64,000 nt of DNA from Candidatus Liptonbacteria bacterium. GTDB lineage: Bacteria; Patescibacteriota; Minisyncoccia; UBA6257; 2-01-FULL-56-20. Of the stretch, positions 25,837-38,383 are shown piece after piece. The notes under the pieces were generated by a model. That model searched no databases and was not told where the DNA came from. It saw only the letters and a program-made list of their open reading frames with translations. The DNA lies in contig JACQBP010000035.1 of the NCBI GenBank assembly GCA_016194445.1, positions 4,396 through 68,395 of the forward strand, in the 5' to 3' direction. Position numbers and translations under genes: made by a program. Each line of letters opens with the position of its first letter. The stretch's first letter is position 1.

Positions 25837-27168
25837 ATGACACCGAGAAAAGTGGCTATAAAAAAGAAAGCTCCCACGGAGGAGAATCTTTTTAGGATCC
25901 CGAGGGGGATGCACGATATCCTACCGGCGGATCAGGTGTGGTGGGAGAGAATTGATAAAACGGCCAGAGAGCTAGCGGATTTTTATAACTTTCAAAGAAT
26001 CGAGACACCGATTTTGGAGCAGGTGAGTCTTTTTGAGCGGACAGTGGGAGGCGATACCGATATTGTTCAGAAAGAGATGTACACCTTAAAGACTAAGGGG
26101 GGAGATTTTTTGGCGCTCCGACCAGAAGGGACGGCGCCGGTCATGCGGGCTTATTTGGACCACGGTTTAGGTTCGCTCGGGCAACCTCAAAAGTTTTTTT
26201 ACCAAGGACCTTTTTTCCGGCACGAAAATCCCCAGGCGGGGAGGTTTCGGCAGTTTTATCAGATCGGTTTTGAGATTATTGGCGGAGTGAATGATCCTAT
26301 CTACGACGCGCAGGTGATTTTAATTTTTGATAGACTTTTAAAAGGCCTCAAAATTAAAAATACGATTTTGAAGGTTAATTCGATTGGTTGTAAGATTTGC
26401 CGGCCGAACTATAAAAGACAGCTAGCGAATTATTATAAACGTTATGAAAAAGATCTTTGCAACAATTGTTTGCGGCGTTTGAAAGTTAACCCGCTAAGGC
26501 TTTTGGATTGTAAAAATCAAAATTGCCAACCCTTTAAGGAAAAAGCGCCCAATTTGTTTGATAAAATTTGTACAAGTTGCGGTCGACACTTGAGAGCGGT
26601 CCTTGAATACTTAGATGAGCTCGAGATAGTTTACGAGTTAGACAATACCTTGGTGAGAGGCCTGGACTATTACAGCCAAACAGTTTTTGAATTCTACGCG
26701 ACGGACTCGAATATCGGAGCTTTACCGGGCGGGGGCCGCTACGACTACTTGGCAGAATTTTTGGGCAGCAAGGCGACGGCAGCGGTGGGAGGAGCCACAG
26801 GAGTGGAGAGACTGATTGAAGTGATGAAAACCCAAGAAGTGAAATGGCCAAGTCGGACTCCTAGAAAAGTATTTTTGGTGCACGTGGGTGATTTGGCTAA
26901 AAAGAAGTCGCTTAAAATTGTTGAGGAGCTAAGATCGGCGGGAATTCCGGTCGGTGAGGCCTTAGGAAAGGAATCGGTGAAAGCTCAACTCAAACAAGCG
27001 GATAAACAGGGGAGCGTCCTTGCGATTATTTTTGGCCAGAAAGAGATTTTTGAGGAAAGCGTGATTATTCGAGATTTGCGGACTGGCTTGCAAGAGAGCG
27101 TGATTTTGTCTAAAATGGTGTTCGAAATCCAGAAACGGCTTAAAGAAAGACCCGTTGAAAATAAATGA
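25837..27168 (+). CDS. hisS: histidyl-tRNA synthetase
   Basis: Class II motifs LRPEGTAP, FRHENPQAGRFRQFYQ, GGGRYD and GGATGVERL. Confidence 0.9.
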   Translation: MTPRKVAIKKKAPTEENLFRIPRGMHDILPADQVWWERIDKTARELADFYNFQRIETPILEQVSLFERTVGGDTDIVQKEMYTLKTKGGDFLALRPEGTAPVMRAYLDHGLGSLGQPQKFFYQGPFFRHENPQAGRFRQFYQIGFEIIGGVNDPIYDAQVILIFDRLLKGLKIKNTILKVNSIGCKICRPNYKRQLANYYKRYEKDLCNNCLRRLKVNPLRLLDCKNQNCQPFKEKAPNLFDKICTSCGRHLRAVLEYLDELEIVYELDNTLVRGLDYYSQTVFEFYATDSNIGALPGGGRYDYLAEFLGSKATAAVGGATGVERLIEVMKTQEVKWPSRTPRKVFLVHVGDLAKKKSLKIVEELRSAGIPVGEALGKESVKAQLKQADKQGSVLAIIFGQKEIFEESVIIRDLRTGLQESVILSKMVFEIQKRLKERPVENK

Positions 27169-27581
27169 AAAGCTGCCTTTTTTGCGCGATAGCTAAGAAA
27201 GAGATTCCAGCCAACGTGGTTTACGAGGATAAGGACAATCTGGCTTTTCTGGATGTTAAACCGAGGGCGCCGGGGCACGTGTTGGTGGTTCCAAAAATTC
27301 ACACCGAAACGATTCTGGACTTAAAGGAGGGCCAGGGACCATCACTTTTAAAGGCTTTGGTCAAAGTCGAGCAGAAGCTTTACGAGGTTTTAAGTCCCGA
27401 TGGACTCACGGTGGGTATTAATGAAAAGGAGGCAGCGGGACAGGAAATCAATCATCTCCATATTCACATCATCCCTCGGTTTTTCGGAGACGGCGGCGGT
27501 TCCATACAAAGTGTAGTCGACAATCAGCCTAAAGAGTCGTTGAATGAAGTCTTAAAAAAATTTAAATTGACCAATGGTTAA
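27165..27581 (+). CDS. HIT-family hydrolase
   Basis: Histidine triad HLHIHIIP. Confidence 0.85.
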   Translation: MKSCLFCAIAKKEIPANVVYEDKDNLAFLDVKPRAPGHVLVVPKIHTETILDLKEGQGPSLLKALVKVEQKLYEVLSPDGLTVGINEKEAAGQEINHLHIHIIPRFFGDGGGSIQSVVDNQPKESLNEVLKKFKLTNG

Positions 27582-27786
27582 AGTATTAAAGAAAGAAGGG
27601 GAATCGGCGAGCGCCCTGCTTTTTCGATTCTCAAAAAAAATAAAGCAAAGTGGAGTCCTCCGGGAAGCTAAACGGAGGCGTTTTAGGCAGAGGCCGCTTA
27701 ATAAACGAAAAAGATTGGTTTCGGCTCTCCACCGCGAAAAAAAGAAAAGTGAAATTGAGAGATTGAAGAAGTTGGGCTTGGCATAA
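27574..27786 (+). CDS. rpsU: 30S ribosomal protein S21
   Basis: MVKVLKKEGESASALLFRFSKKIKQSGVLREAKRRRF, a typical S21. Confidence 0.85.
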   Translation: MVKVLKKEGESASALLFRFSKKIKQSGVLREAKRRRFRQRPLNKRKRLVSALHREKKKSEIERLKKLGLA

Positions 27787-27794
27787 CTAATCTC

Positions 27795-28247
27795 ATGACG
27801 CTCCAAGAAAAGATTAACCAAGATCTGAAGGAGGCAATGAAAGCCGGAGAAAAAGAAAGAACTCAAGTCCTTCGATTCATTTTAGCTCAAATTCACAATC
27901 GAGAAATTGAAAAGAGATCTAAGGGCCAAGAGGGTGCTTTATCCGAAGAAGAGGCATTAGAGGTTCTAAATAAAGAGGTTAAAAAAAGGAAGGAGGCCCT
28001 CGAGCTTTTCCGGAGGAGTGGTCGAGCTGATCTGGTCGGTAAAGAGGAAAAAGAACTCACTTTTTTCGGAGGTTACTTGCCAGAACCGATTTCAAATCAA
28101 GAAATTGAAGCGGCGGTTGAGGATATTTTAAAAAAGGGTGGCCGAGATTTTGGGTTGGTGATGAAAGAGGCTAAGGCGAGACTAGGATCCCGCGCTGATG
28201 GGAAAATACTCAGCGAGATTGTGAAAGCGAAACTTGGGAAGGTTTAA
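27795..28247 (+). CDS. GatB/YqeY-domain protein
   Basis: YqeY-like helical protein; weak sequence match. Confidence 0.65.
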   Translation: MTLQEKINQDLKEAMKAGEKERTQVLRFILAQIHNREIEKRSKGQEGALSEEEALEVLNKEVKKRKEALELFRRSGRADLVGKEEKELTFFGGYLPEPISNQEIEAAVEDILKKGGRDFGLVMKEAKARLGSRADGKILSEIVKAKLGKV

Positions 28248-28261
28248 ATTGGGATTGGCTT

Positions 28262-28708
28262 ATGATAAACAAGGTAAAAGTTTTTGTTCAGCACAATCGA
28301 TACCAGAACTTTGAAAACCCAACCAGGAGAGTCGCCAAAGAAACTTTAAGAATTTTAAAAAAAGAAGGGTTGGTTTTGGAGATCAACTTGGTGGATAGTC
28401 GACGGATGAGGTTTCTAAACAAGAAGTTTAGAGGTAAGAACGTCGCGACTAACGTCTTAAGTTTTGAGGGAATGAGAAAGGGGGAATTTTTTGAACCTGG
28501 AATAAGTTTGGAGAAAGGGTGGCGGGATCTAGGCGAGATTTATTTGAACCCAGGGTATATTTTAAAGCAGAAGGAAGATTTAGGGAGGATGGTTATCCAC
28601 GGCATTCTTCATCTACTTGGCTATCAACACGATAAAAAAGATGATACTATTAGGATGGAAAAATTGGAAAAAAGCTTGAAGGGTTTGATTAGGGTAGGTT
28701 TTTCGTAA
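28262..28708 (+). CDS. ybeY: rRNA maturation endoribonuclease YbeY
   Basis: HGILHLLGYQHD metal-binding motif. Confidence 0.85.
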   Translation: MINKVKVFVQHNRYQNFENPTRRVAKETLRILKKEGLVLEINLVDSRRMRFLNKKFRGKNVATNVLSFEGMRKGEFFEPGISLEKGWRDLGEIYLNPGYILKQKEDLGRMVIHGILHLLGYQHDKKDDTIRMEKLEKSLKGLIRVGFS

Positions 28709-28728
28709 ATTAATCTGATTTAAATTAA

Positions 28729-29964
28729 ATGGGGAAGGATTTTATTGTTGGGTTAGACATTGGCACTTCGAGCATTAAAGCCGCCGTGGCGGAGAATAAA
28801 AAAGGGTACCCGGTACTCCGAGGGGTTTTTGCGGAGCCTTCTTTGGGTCTTCAGAGAGGCAGCGTTTTTGATTTAACGGAGGCATCGCAGAGTATTGGTC
28901 GGGTGCTTTCAGAGATAAGGAAGATTCACCGGAGGGCGGTTAAAAACATTTACGTGGGGATTGGCACCCCTCAAGTTAAGGTGCAGAGTTCCAAAGGAGT
29001 AGTGGCGGTTTCTAGGGCGGACAACGAAATTTACCGAGATGACGTGGATAGAGTAGTGCGCGCCAGCCAGGCGATTAATTTATTGCCGAATCGGATGATT
29101 ATCCATACCATCACTCGGGATTTCGTGATTGATGGAATAGGGGATATCAGCGACCCCTTGGGACTCAGTGGCAATCGCTTAGAAGTGAACGCGCTCGTGG
29201 TGGACGCTTTTACGCCGCATATTAAGGGTTTGATCAAAGTGATCGATTTGGTGGGCGGAGAAATTGGGGGATTAGTTTTTGCACCGCTTGCGAGCAGCCG
29301 CTCAGTTTTAAGCAAAGTTCAGAAAGATTTAGGTACGGTTCTCGTGGACATTGGTTTTGGGACGACGGGGATGAGTGTGTATGAAGAAAACCGGTTGGTG
29401 GGTTTAGGAAAATTTCCAGTGGGAGCCCACAATATTTCGAAAGACTTAGCTGTCGGTTTAAAAATCCCATTACTAGCGGCGGAGAATTTGAAACTTAATT
29501 ATGGTTCGGCGATGTCTCGGGAGGTGGCCGCCAGAGAAATGATCGAACTCAAAAAATTTTCGCCGGAGACTCACGGTTCGGTATCGCGGCGATTTATCGC
29601 TGAGATCATCGAAGCTCGACTTGCAGAAATTTTTGATTTCGTTAATAATGAGCTGAAATTAATAGGGAGAGCTGGAAAGCTGGCCGGGGGTGTAGTTTTG
29701 GTAGGTGGGGGAGCGAAGCTACCGGGCATCACCGAACTAGCTCGCCAAGAGCTCAAGCTTTTCAGTCAGGTTGGATTTACCAACCAAAATGAGTGGTTTA
29801 AAGAGGTGACCGGTTTTACCGAGGCGATGGAGGATCCTGAATATGTCAACGCTTTGGGTTTAGTGCTTTGGGGAGCGGATCAGGAGCATTGGTGGCCCAC
29901 CTCCCAAGGAGCGAGTAATTTTATGGGGAGCATGAAAGATTTTTTGAGCTACTTCAAACCTTGA
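28729..29964 (+). CDS. ftsA: cell division protein FtsA
   Basis: Actin-fold GLDIGTSSIKAAV, VDIGFGTT and VLVGGGAKLPG. Confidence 0.85.
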   Translation: MGKDFIVGLDIGTSSIKAAVAENKKGYPVLRGVFAEPSLGLQRGSVFDLTEASQSIGRVLSEIRKIHRRAVKNIYVGIGTPQVKVQSSKGVVAVSRADNEIYRDDVDRVVRASQAINLLPNRMIIHTITRDFVIDGIGDISDPLGLSGNRLEVNALVVDAFTPHIKGLIKVIDLVGGEIGGLVFAPLASSRSVLSKVQKDLGTVLVDIGFGTTGMSVYEENRLVGLGKFPVGAHNISKDLAVGLKIPLLAAENLKLNYGSAMSREVAAREMIELKKFSPETHGSVSRRFIAEIIEARLAEIFDFVNNELKLIGRAGKLAGGVVLVGGGAKLPGITELARQELKLFSQVGFTNQNEWFKEVTGFTEAMEDPEYVNALGLVLWGADQEHWWPTSQGASNFMGSMKDFLSYFKP

Positions 29965-29971
29965 GAAAGAA

Positions 29972-31210
29972 ATGAAAAAAGCAAAAAAAATTAAAAAAGA
30001 GAAGAGCGAAAAAGCTTACGTACCTTTGGCTAATATTAAGGTAGTGGGTATTGGCGGTGGAGGAGGAAACGTGATTTCTAGAATGAGTCGGGATTTTTCG
30101 CGAAGCATTGATTTTATTGCCATCAACACTGACCATCAAGATTTGGATCATTGCGAAGTCAGAAAAAAAATTTATATTGGGAATAATTTGACTAAAGGTT
30201 TGGGGACGGGGATGAGCCCAGAGTTGGGACGGCAGGCGACCGAGGAGAATCGTTCGGAAGTGGCGGAGTCTTTGGCGGGAGCCGATTTGATTTTCATCGC
30301 GGCGTGTTTAGGGGGCGGGACGGGAACGGGAGCTTCGCCAGTAGTGGCGGAGGCGGCTAAGCAGACCGGAGCTTTGACTATAGCTTTTGTGACCAAGCCT
30401 TTTGGTTTTGAAGGCAGCCAGCGCGACAGGATTGCGCAGGATGGCCTCGCTAAGCTGAAAGATAAGGTAGACGCCTTGATAGTGGTGCCGAATGACCGGA
30501 TTTTTACCGTGATTAACAAGGATACGCCGATTGTTAAAGCTTTTGAGGTGATTGACGATGTTTTAAAAAATGCGCTTAAGGGAATCGTGGAGTTAATTGT
30601 GACACCGGGGATTATTAACGTGGATTTTGCGGACGTGAAGAATGTCATTCAAGATGCCGGTTCGGCGATTGTGGGGATGGGCGTGGCGAGCGGCCAAGAT
30701 CGAGCGGTCGCAGCGGTCAATCTTGCTTTGAATTCGCCGCTCTTCGAGATTAGCGCCGAAGGAGCGAAGGGTGTGATTTTGGGCATTTCCGGGAGCCGAG
30801 ATCTTAAAATGACCGAGATAAACGACGCCGCGAAAGTGGTGGCCCAGGTGGCGGACGCGTCCGCTCGGATTATTTTTGGAGCTTATTATGATCGACGACT
30901 CCGACCGAACCAAATCAAGGTTACCTTGATTGCCACCGGTTTTAACAGCGCTGGGCAGCAAGGCCACTCGCTTTTCGACAGCAGTTTTCAGTCAAAAAAG
31001 AGCGATTTTTTTGAGCCAATGAAGATGGGTGGCACTTATGGTGAAGAAGAGGAGGAAAAGAAAAGACCGCCGAAGACGGAAGGGACAGTGGTAAAGAGAA
31101 CCGAGAAAGACTCTTTGGTTGATCGAGGCGCAAAGTCAGAAGTGAAGAATAAAGATCGCGAGAGCGATATTTGGGATATTCCCACTTTTTTGCGGAAGAG
31201 GAAGAAGTAA
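29972..31210 (+). CDS. ftsZ: cell division protein FtsZ
   Basis: Tubulin signature GGGTGTGASPVVA and a C-terminal basic tail. Confidence 0.92.
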   Translation: MKKAKKIKKEKSEKAYVPLANIKVVGIGGGGGNVISRMSRDFSRSIDFIAINTDHQDLDHCEVRKKIYIGNNLTKGLGTGMSPELGRQATEENRSEVAESLAGADLIFIAACLGGGTGTGASPVVAEAAKQTGALTIAFVTKPFGFEGSQRDRIAQDGLAKLKDKVDALIVVPNDRIFTVINKDTPIVKAFEVIDDVLKNALKGIVELIVTPGIINVDFADVKNVIQDAGSAIVGMGVASGQDRAVAAVNLALNSPLFEISAEGAKGVILGISGSRDLKMTEINDAAKVVAQVADASARIIFGAYYDRRLRPNQIKVTLIATGFNSAGQQGHSLFDSSFQSKKSDFFEPMKMGGTYGEEEEEKKRPPKTEGTVVKRTEKDSLVDRGAKSEVKNKDRESDIWDIPTFLRKRKK

Positions 31211-31229
31211 GAGTCGATTGGTTTGTTAG

Positions 31230-31925
31230 TTGGAAGAAGGCACAATGAATAAATTTGAGGGCATACAAAATTTTTCTTCTCCAGAAGGCCAAGCCATTGA
31301 GAGTGAGGTTGCCATTGAAATTGAGAAACCAGAAATGAAAGATTGCGAGAATTTAGTGACGGATGCGAGAGCTTTTCAAGAAGTTATGAAGATGCGCGAA
31401 GATGATGCTATTATGGCAGAGTATGTTAGGCAGGGTTTGGTAAGTTTTATTGGGGAGATGACCGAGGAAGAAATGCATCAGAAAGCATTAAAAGATGGTT
31501 GGCCTAACAACTGGGATGATGCTCATCCTATTTACGATAGTAATGGTATTCATCAGGAAAGATGGAAAGTTTACGAATTTAGTGAAGGACTTATTAATAC
31601 TGCAGCGAAAGTTAGAAATGGACAGAGTTTATCGCAAAACGAAACAAAGATTTTAAATGTGGCACAAAAATTAAATCAGGTAATTGACACACAGTTTTCC
31701 CAAGAGGATTTGTATATTCGTTCGTCTGACTATCAACTAAAAATATTAGAAGACTTAGTAGGTACAGATCAAGCTGAATATTTGGGTGAGTACAGTCAGA
31801 CAGAAGGATACGAAAAGTTACCGAATTTTGGCCCTTGGGTAGATAAGAATCATTTAAGGATACCAACTAAACTAAAGAATAAATTAGGCGAGAGGATATT
31901 TGAGTATTACCGGTTTATTAAATAA
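31230..31925 (+). CDS. hypothetical acidic protein
   Basis: Follows ftsZ with a 20-nt gap; no recognisable motif. Confidence 0.4.
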   Translation: MEEGTMNKFEGIQNFSSPEGQAIESEVAIEIEKPEMKDCENLVTDARAFQEVMKMREDDAIMAEYVRQGLVSFIGEMTEEEMHQKALKDGWPNNWDDAHPIYDSNGIHQERWKVYEFSEGLINTAAKVRNGQSLSQNETKILNVAQKLNQVIDTQFSQEDLYIRSSDYQLKILEDLVGTDQAEYLGEYSQTEGYEKLPNFGPWVDKNHLRIPTKLKNKLGERIFEYYRFIK

Positions 31926-31971
31926 CGTACTTTGTTTTTGACCGTTGCTTTACTACGAGGTAGCAGAGTGA

Positions 31972-33021
31972 TTACTCAACTTCCTCGAGTTCGAGGGGTT
32001 TTTCGAGAGAGATGGGTTCGGTGCCGACAGTGACGCCGGTGATTTTTAGGACATCCTTATCAATTTTAGAAAGTTCCTTGTAGGCGGAGTTGTACATACC
32101 GACGGTGGTACCAAGGTGGGTGCCTAGTTTTTTCATGTAGGTTTCGTAGGAGATCAAGTGGCGGCCAAGTTCTTCGACACGCTTGCGGATTTCTTTGGCG
32201 GACTCTTCAATTTGCATAGCCTTGAGGCCCTGGAGAACGGTTTGGAGGTAGGCTAAAAAGGAAGTAGGGGAGACGACGATGACTTTTTTCTCGTTAATAG
32301 CATATTCAATTAAATCGCGAGTGTTGGCTTTGACTACGCCGATTTTGTTGACTAGTAAGTCGTAGTAGATAGCTTCCGAAGGAATAAACATGAAAGCGAA
32401 TTCCATGGTGCCTTCACTTGGTTTTATATATTTTGAAGTTTCTTCGATGCGGTTTTTGAGGTCTTGTCTAAAGGCTTCTTCAAGGCGTTTTCTTTCAGAT
32501 TCATCTGAGGTTTCTAGGATTCGATTATAGTTTTCTAAGGAAAATTTCGAATCAATAGGAATGATTTTATCTTTCACAAAAATAACCGCGTCAACTTTAG
32601 TGCCGTCTTTGAATTCGTATTGGGTAGACCAAGTGCCGGGCGGGAGAACATTTTCTAAGACAGTGTTTAAATAATATTCGCCCAAGACGCCGCGTTGCTT
32701 CGGGTTTTTCAAGATATCCTGAAGGTTCTTGAGTTGATCGGTGACATTCATCACTTGTTTCTGGCCTTCGCCGACTTTGGTGAGTTCTTGGGTGATTTCT
32801 TTGATGATTTTGGCGGATTCTGAGAATTGGCGTTCGAGAATGCGGGCGGATTCGCCAAGCTTAGAGTCAAGGGTGCGGTTCAGTTCATTCAACTGGTTTT
32901 GCAAAAGTAAGAGAGATTTATCTTCGGCTTTGTCTTGTTTTTGGGATTTTAGAAGTTGCCAAATTAGGCCGAAGCCGATGACGAGAATAACAAGTATGAA
33001 GATTAAGAAAATACTTTGCAT
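31972..33021 (-). CDS. rmuC: DNA recombination protein RmuC
   Basis: N-terminal TM, a long coiled coil and a C-terminal RmuC nuclease-like domain. Confidence 0.7.
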   Translation of the reverse strand: MQSIFLIFILVILVIGFGLIWQLLKSQKQDKAEDKSLLLLQNQLNELNRTLDSKLGESARILERQFSESAKIIKEITQELTKVGEGQKQVMNVTDQLKNLQDILKNPKQRGVLGEYYLNTVLENVLPPGTWSTQYEFKDGTKVDAVIFVKDKIIPIDSKFSLENYNRILETSDESERKRLEEAFRQDLKNRIEETSKYIKPSEGTMEFAFMFIPSEAIYYDLLVNKIGVVKANTRDLIEYAINEKKVIVVSPTSFLAYLQTVLQGLKAMQIEESAKEIRKRVEELGRHLISYETYMKKLGTHLGTTVGMYNSAYKELSKIDKDVLKITGVTVGTEPISLEKPLELEEVE

Positions 33022-33025
33022 ACAG

Positions 33026-33409
33026 TTACCGACTGTTGGTTGAAGTAGGAGTTTCGTTTTTCAATGAGGTTGGTTGGGAGGTTTTGGGCGTACCAGACAA
33101 AAGCGATAAGGCGTAATAAAGTCCACCGATGACGGCGATAATAATGATGGATAAAAATATAGTTTTTCCTAACCGAGTGGGATTACTATGGACACTAGGT
33201 GAGATTTGGCCTTGGAATTTTTTGATGGTTTCTTCTTTGTAATTGGATTGATTAGGGAGGGGATCGGTTTGGCTTTTGGTCAGACTTAAAGCTTCGTCAA
33301 CCTCACGCTCGGGCCAGCCGAAGGCAATGAGTTCCTCGCGGATTTTGCTCTCGGGTTTGCCATTCACAATCATTTGCTGAATGTAATTTGTGATTTCGCT
33401 CGAGATCAT
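33026..33409 (-). CDS. hypothetical membrane protein
   Basis: Soluble N-domain followed by a TM helix. Confidence 0.35.
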   Translation of the reverse strand: MISSEITNYIQQMIVNGKPESKIREELIAFGWPEREVDEALSLTKSQTDPLPNQSNYKEETIKKFQGQISPSVHSNPTRLGKTIFLSIIIIAVIGGLYYALSLLSGTPKTSQPTSLKNETPTSTNSR

Positions 33410-33813
33410 GAGAGTTAATTATACCACTTTAATTTGGTTTTTTAGGCCTGGTTTTGACTTGGATGTATTTTCTGAGTCGAAAGCTGGCCGAGGTTCGATA
33501 AGAGGGCCCCGCACTAAATTGGGCGTGAAAGTTTCGTTTAGGTTTGGCGTTTGGTTGGTGCCTCATTTACTTCCAGTTTATAATCGGTTCAAGGTTGTTT
33601 TTGAGAGACAAAACGCCCAAGTTAGTGACGGGGTAAATTTGCCTCGACGATTGCCAACTTGGGAGTGGTTTTTCATTTTTAATTTTGAGATACAAACTTT
33701 ATTCGGATCTTTTAATTTTATACTAAAAAGAGGCGGCCGTCACAAAGTAAAAAGCCGCTCCCTTCGGGCACCCCTCCTTTACTGAAAAATCAGTCTGATT
33801 TCAAGTTCGGACT

Positions 33814-34053
33814 TTAGTCGACGAGGACGTTGATTTTGTTGCGGGGGGCCACTTCCAAAAAGCCACCGTTGATTTCCATTTCTTTTTTTTGGTTTTTTTG
33901 CTCAATGATAACGGCCAAACCTGGTTTCAGAAGCGTGATGAGCGGGCGGTGATTTTCTAAAACGGTAATTTCGCCACTTGTAGTTTGGATGTTTAAAGAG
34001 ACGACGTCACCTTCGTATTCGATACCTTTTAGAGAAATTACTTTTAAAAGCAT
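33814..34053 (-). CDS. atpC: ATP synthase epsilon chain (short)
   Basis: MLLKVISLKGIEYEGDVVSLNIQTTSGEITVLENHRPLIT. Confidence 0.8.
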   Translation of the reverse strand: MLLKVISLKGIEYEGDVVSLNIQTTSGEITVLENHRPLITLLKPGLAVIIEQKNQKKEMEINGGFLEVAPRNKINVLVD

Positions 34054-34067
34054 TTTTAACTTCCGCC

Positions 34068-35462
<1,395 letters not shown>

Positions 35463-36386
35463 TTAGTTTAGGGCAGTTTGGGTCGACGTGATTTCGATAA
35501 GTTCCCGCGTGATATTGCTTTGGCGGGCTTTATTGTATTCAAGAGTGAGAGTGTTGGCTAGATCCTCGGCGTTGTCGGAAGCGGTTTTCATGGCCACTCT
35601 GCGAGCCGAGTGTTCAGAGGCGTTGGCTTCGAGGATGAGGTGATAAATTTGGAGTTTCACTAAATGGGGGATCAGGAATTCGATGGCGGTCGCGGGGGTG
35701 GGTTCAAAAATATATTCAGTTTCAACATGATTGCCATTTTGCTTTTCAATAATATCCGAATAGCGGCCGTGCTCCGGGACGATTTCTTTGATGGTTTCTC
35801 GGATTTTTTCAAAATCAACCGGCAGGATTTGGCGAGTCAATGTTTCTTGTTTCAAGGCCGTTCGGAAATGAGTGGAGATGGTGATAACTTTATCCCAGTC
35901 GCCTTTTTTGAAACCGTCGATTAGAAATTTGGCAATGGGTTCGACCTCGCCGGGTTTAACGAAGTCGCCAACGCCATAAAAGCTACTGATTAAGTTAAGT
36001 TTTTTTCTTATAGCGTAGGCGTGAGTTTTTTTGCCAACCGCCACGACAGTGAGATTGTCACTGGTAAAATGCTCTGATTCCAAAAGGCGATCCGTTACTC
36101 TGAAAACCTGGGTATTGAAGGCGCCGGTTAAGCCTTTATCCGAGGCGATGATTACTAAAAGAGTTTTTTTAACCGGGCGTTCAGTGGTAAGAATAGTTTG
36201 GACCGGAGTATTTTTAGAAAGTTTTTCGAGTAAATGGATAGCTTCGAAGGCGTAAGGTCGAGAGTTTAGAGCCACTTCTTGGGCGCGGCGCATTTTGGTG
36301 GCCGAAACTACCTCCATGGCTTTGGTGATCTGACCAACGTTTTCTACGGCTCGGCGTCTGGTTTTAGTGGTTTGTAGGGATTCCAT
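35463..36386 (-). CDS. atpG: ATP synthase gamma subunit
   Basis: ITKAMEVVSATKMRRAQ N-terminus and a typical C-terminal helix. Confidence 0.9.
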   Translation of the reverse strand: MESLQTTKTRRRAVENVGQITKAMEVVSATKMRRAQEVALNSRPYAFEAIHLLEKLSKNTPVQTILTTERPVKKTLLVIIASDKGLTGAFNTQVFRVTDRLLESEHFTSDNLTVVAVGKKTHAYAIRKKLNLISSFYGVGDFVKPGEVEPIAKFLIDGFKKGDWDKVITISTHFRTALKQETLTRQILPVDFEKIRETIKEIVPEHGRYSDIIEKQNGNHVETEYIFEPTPATAIEFLIPHLVKLQIYHLILEANASEHSARRVAMKTASDNAEDLANTLTLEYNKARQSNITRELIEITSTQTALN

Positions 36387-36424
36387 AATATTAATTAAAA
36401 GTGAAATGAGACATGAGACAAGTT

Positions 36425-37966
36425 TTAAAAAATCTTTTTAAACTCGGCTAGGGAAGACTTTAAATTTTTTTCGGTTTCTTCGCTTAATTCAGTGGATTTC
36501 TGAATTGCCCCTAGCACTTTCTCGTGGTGCATTTTTCCCAAGAAATCTACAAGCTTAGCTTCAAATTCTTTGATGCGATCTTTGGGAACGTCATCTAGAA
36601 AACCGTTAATCCCAGCGTAAAGGGCCACCACCTGTTTTTCGAAAGAGACGGGTTCGCGGTCGTTTTGTTTTAGAAGTTCGGTGAGGCGGTCGCCGCGTTC
36701 GATTTTTTGTTTGGTATTTTCATCTAAATCCGAAGCAAACTGGACGAAGGCTTGGAGTTCCCTGAATTGAGCCAGTTCGAGGCGGAGGCGGCCGGCGACT
36801 TTTTTCATAGCCTTGGTTTGGGCAGAGGAACCGACGCGCGAGACCGAGAATCCGACGTTGACCGCGGGACGGAGGCCTTGGTAGAAAAGATTGGACTCTA
36901 AATAAATTTGGCCGTCGGTAATCGAGATGACGTTAGTGGGGATGTAGGCTGAGATGTCGCCGAGCTGGGTTTCGATAATGGGCAGAGCAGTGAGGGATCC
37001 GCCGCCCTTTTCTTTAGAAAGTTTAGCCGCCCGTTCGAGGAGACGGGAATGGAGGTAGAAGATGTCACCGGGGTAGGCTTCACGGCCGGGGGGACGGCGC
37101 AAAAGGAGAGAGAGCTCTCGGTAACTTTGAGCGTGTTTTGAAAGGTCGTCGTAGATAACAATCGCGTCCCCGCCCTTTTCCATAAAGTATTCGCCAATGG
37201 CGCAGCCGGCAAAGGGAGCGAGGTACTGGAGAGCGGCTGGGGCGGAGGCGGGAGCCGAGACGATGATGGTATATTTAAGGGCGCCGGCTTCTTCTAGAAC
37301 TTTGACGATTTTAGCAACTTTGGAATTTTTTTGACCGATAGCGACATAGACACAGATGGCTGGTTTCGACACCGAATCCTTGCCTTGATTTAAAATTGTG
37401 TCTAGAGCAATAGCCGTTTTACCGGTACCGCGGTCGCCGATGATGAGTTCTCTCTGGCCTCGGCCGATTGGAATCATGGCATCAATCGCTTTGACACCGG
37501 TGTGGACTGGGACGCGGACCGATTCGCGATCGATAACCGAAGGAGCCAAACGTTCGAGAAAATAATCCTCGGCTTTTTCTGGTTGATCAAAGATAACACC
37601 TTTATTATCAAGGGGAAGGCCCAAGGGGTTGACCACTCGGCCGATCATTTCAGGGCCCACTTTAATGGACAAGACTTGGCCAGTTTGACGGACGCGCTGG
37701 CCAATTTTGACTTTCTCAAAGTCGCCTAAGATAATGGCGCCGATGGAGCTTTCTTCTAGGTTTGAAGCGAGACAAGGCACATCGCCGGATTCAGTTTCAA
37801 TCGTGAGAATTTCTTGGCTTAAACTTTGAGAGAGACCAGAGATTTTAGCAATACCATCGGAGGTTTCAATGACGATTCCAACTTTCTCAAATTCGGCATC
37901 ATCCTTGAAGCCTTCGATTTCTTTTTTTAGTTTTTCGATAATGTCGTAGGCCATATAATAATTCAA
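36425..37966 (-). CDS. atpA: ATP synthase alpha subunit
   Basis: [10 protein letters not shown]-loop. Confidence 0.95.
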   Translation of the reverse strand: MNYYMAYDIIEKLKKEIEGFKDDAEFEKVGIVIETSDGIAKISGLSQSLSQEILTIETESGDVPCLASNLEESSIGAIILGDFEKVKIGQRVRQTGQVLSIKVGPEMIGRVVNPLGLPLDNKGVIFDQPEKAEDYFLERLAPSVIDRESVRVPVHTGVKAIDAMIPIGRGQRELIIGDRGTGKTAIALDTILNQGKDSVSKPAICVYVAIGQKNSKVAKIVKVLEEAGALKYTIIVSAPASAPAALQYLAPFAGCAIGEYFMEKGGDAIVIYDDLSKHAQSYRELSLLLRRPPGREAYPGDIFYLHSRLLERAAKLSKEKGGGSLTALPIIETQLGDISAYIPTNVISITDGQIYLESNLFYQGLRPAVNVGFSVSRVGSSAQTKAMKKVAGRLRLELAQFRELQAFVQFASDLDENTKQKIERGDRLTELLKQNDREPVSFEKQVVALYAGINGFLDDVPKDRIKEFEAKLVDFLGKMHHEKVLGAIQKSTELSEETEKNLKSSLAEFKKIF

Positions 37967-38011
37967 AATTTAAAAGTTAAAATGAAAAATTTTGGTAATC
38001 TTTCAGATTTT

Positions 38012-38383
38012 TTATTTAAAAAGTTTGTGTAATTTTCTGTTTAGTGAACCATCAAGTTCGCGCTCGTCGTCGAAAGTGATTCTGACGCCCGCCACGAGAG
38101 ATGGATTCAGCGAAGTTTCAATCCAGTCTTTACGGGAAAATTTTTTGGTGATGGATTTGATTTGGGCTTCACTGGCTTCACGGGCAAATTCGATTTTGAT
38201 TTGCGAACCGCCGTTTTTTTTGATCTCGATTTTTTTGAAAGCCTCAAGAATTTTGGGGAAACTTTTTTGATCGCCATTTTTCTTGACCAATTTCAAGAAG
38301 TTCGAGATCAGAGGCTTTTCATCTTTAGCTTTTTCTAGAGATTTTGCGAGAGCTAAAGCATAATTTTTAGGGGAGTATTTCAT
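38012..38383 (-). CDS. atpH: ATP synthase delta (OSCP) subunit, short
   Basis: Sits between atpF and atpA; 123 aa, shorter than the usual delta subunit. Confidence 0.55.
   Translation of the reverse strand: MKYSPKNYALALAKSLEKAKDEKPLISNFLKLVKKNGDQKSFPKILEAFKKIEIKKNGGSQIKIEFAREASEAQIKSITKKFSRKDWIETSLNPSLVAGVRITFDDERELDGSLNRKLHKLFK

Noticed and set aside
33390-33785. 131-aa plus-strand ORF
   Set aside because: It has a non-protein-like, low-complexity composition in an intergenic region that also contains the likely atp operon terminator.
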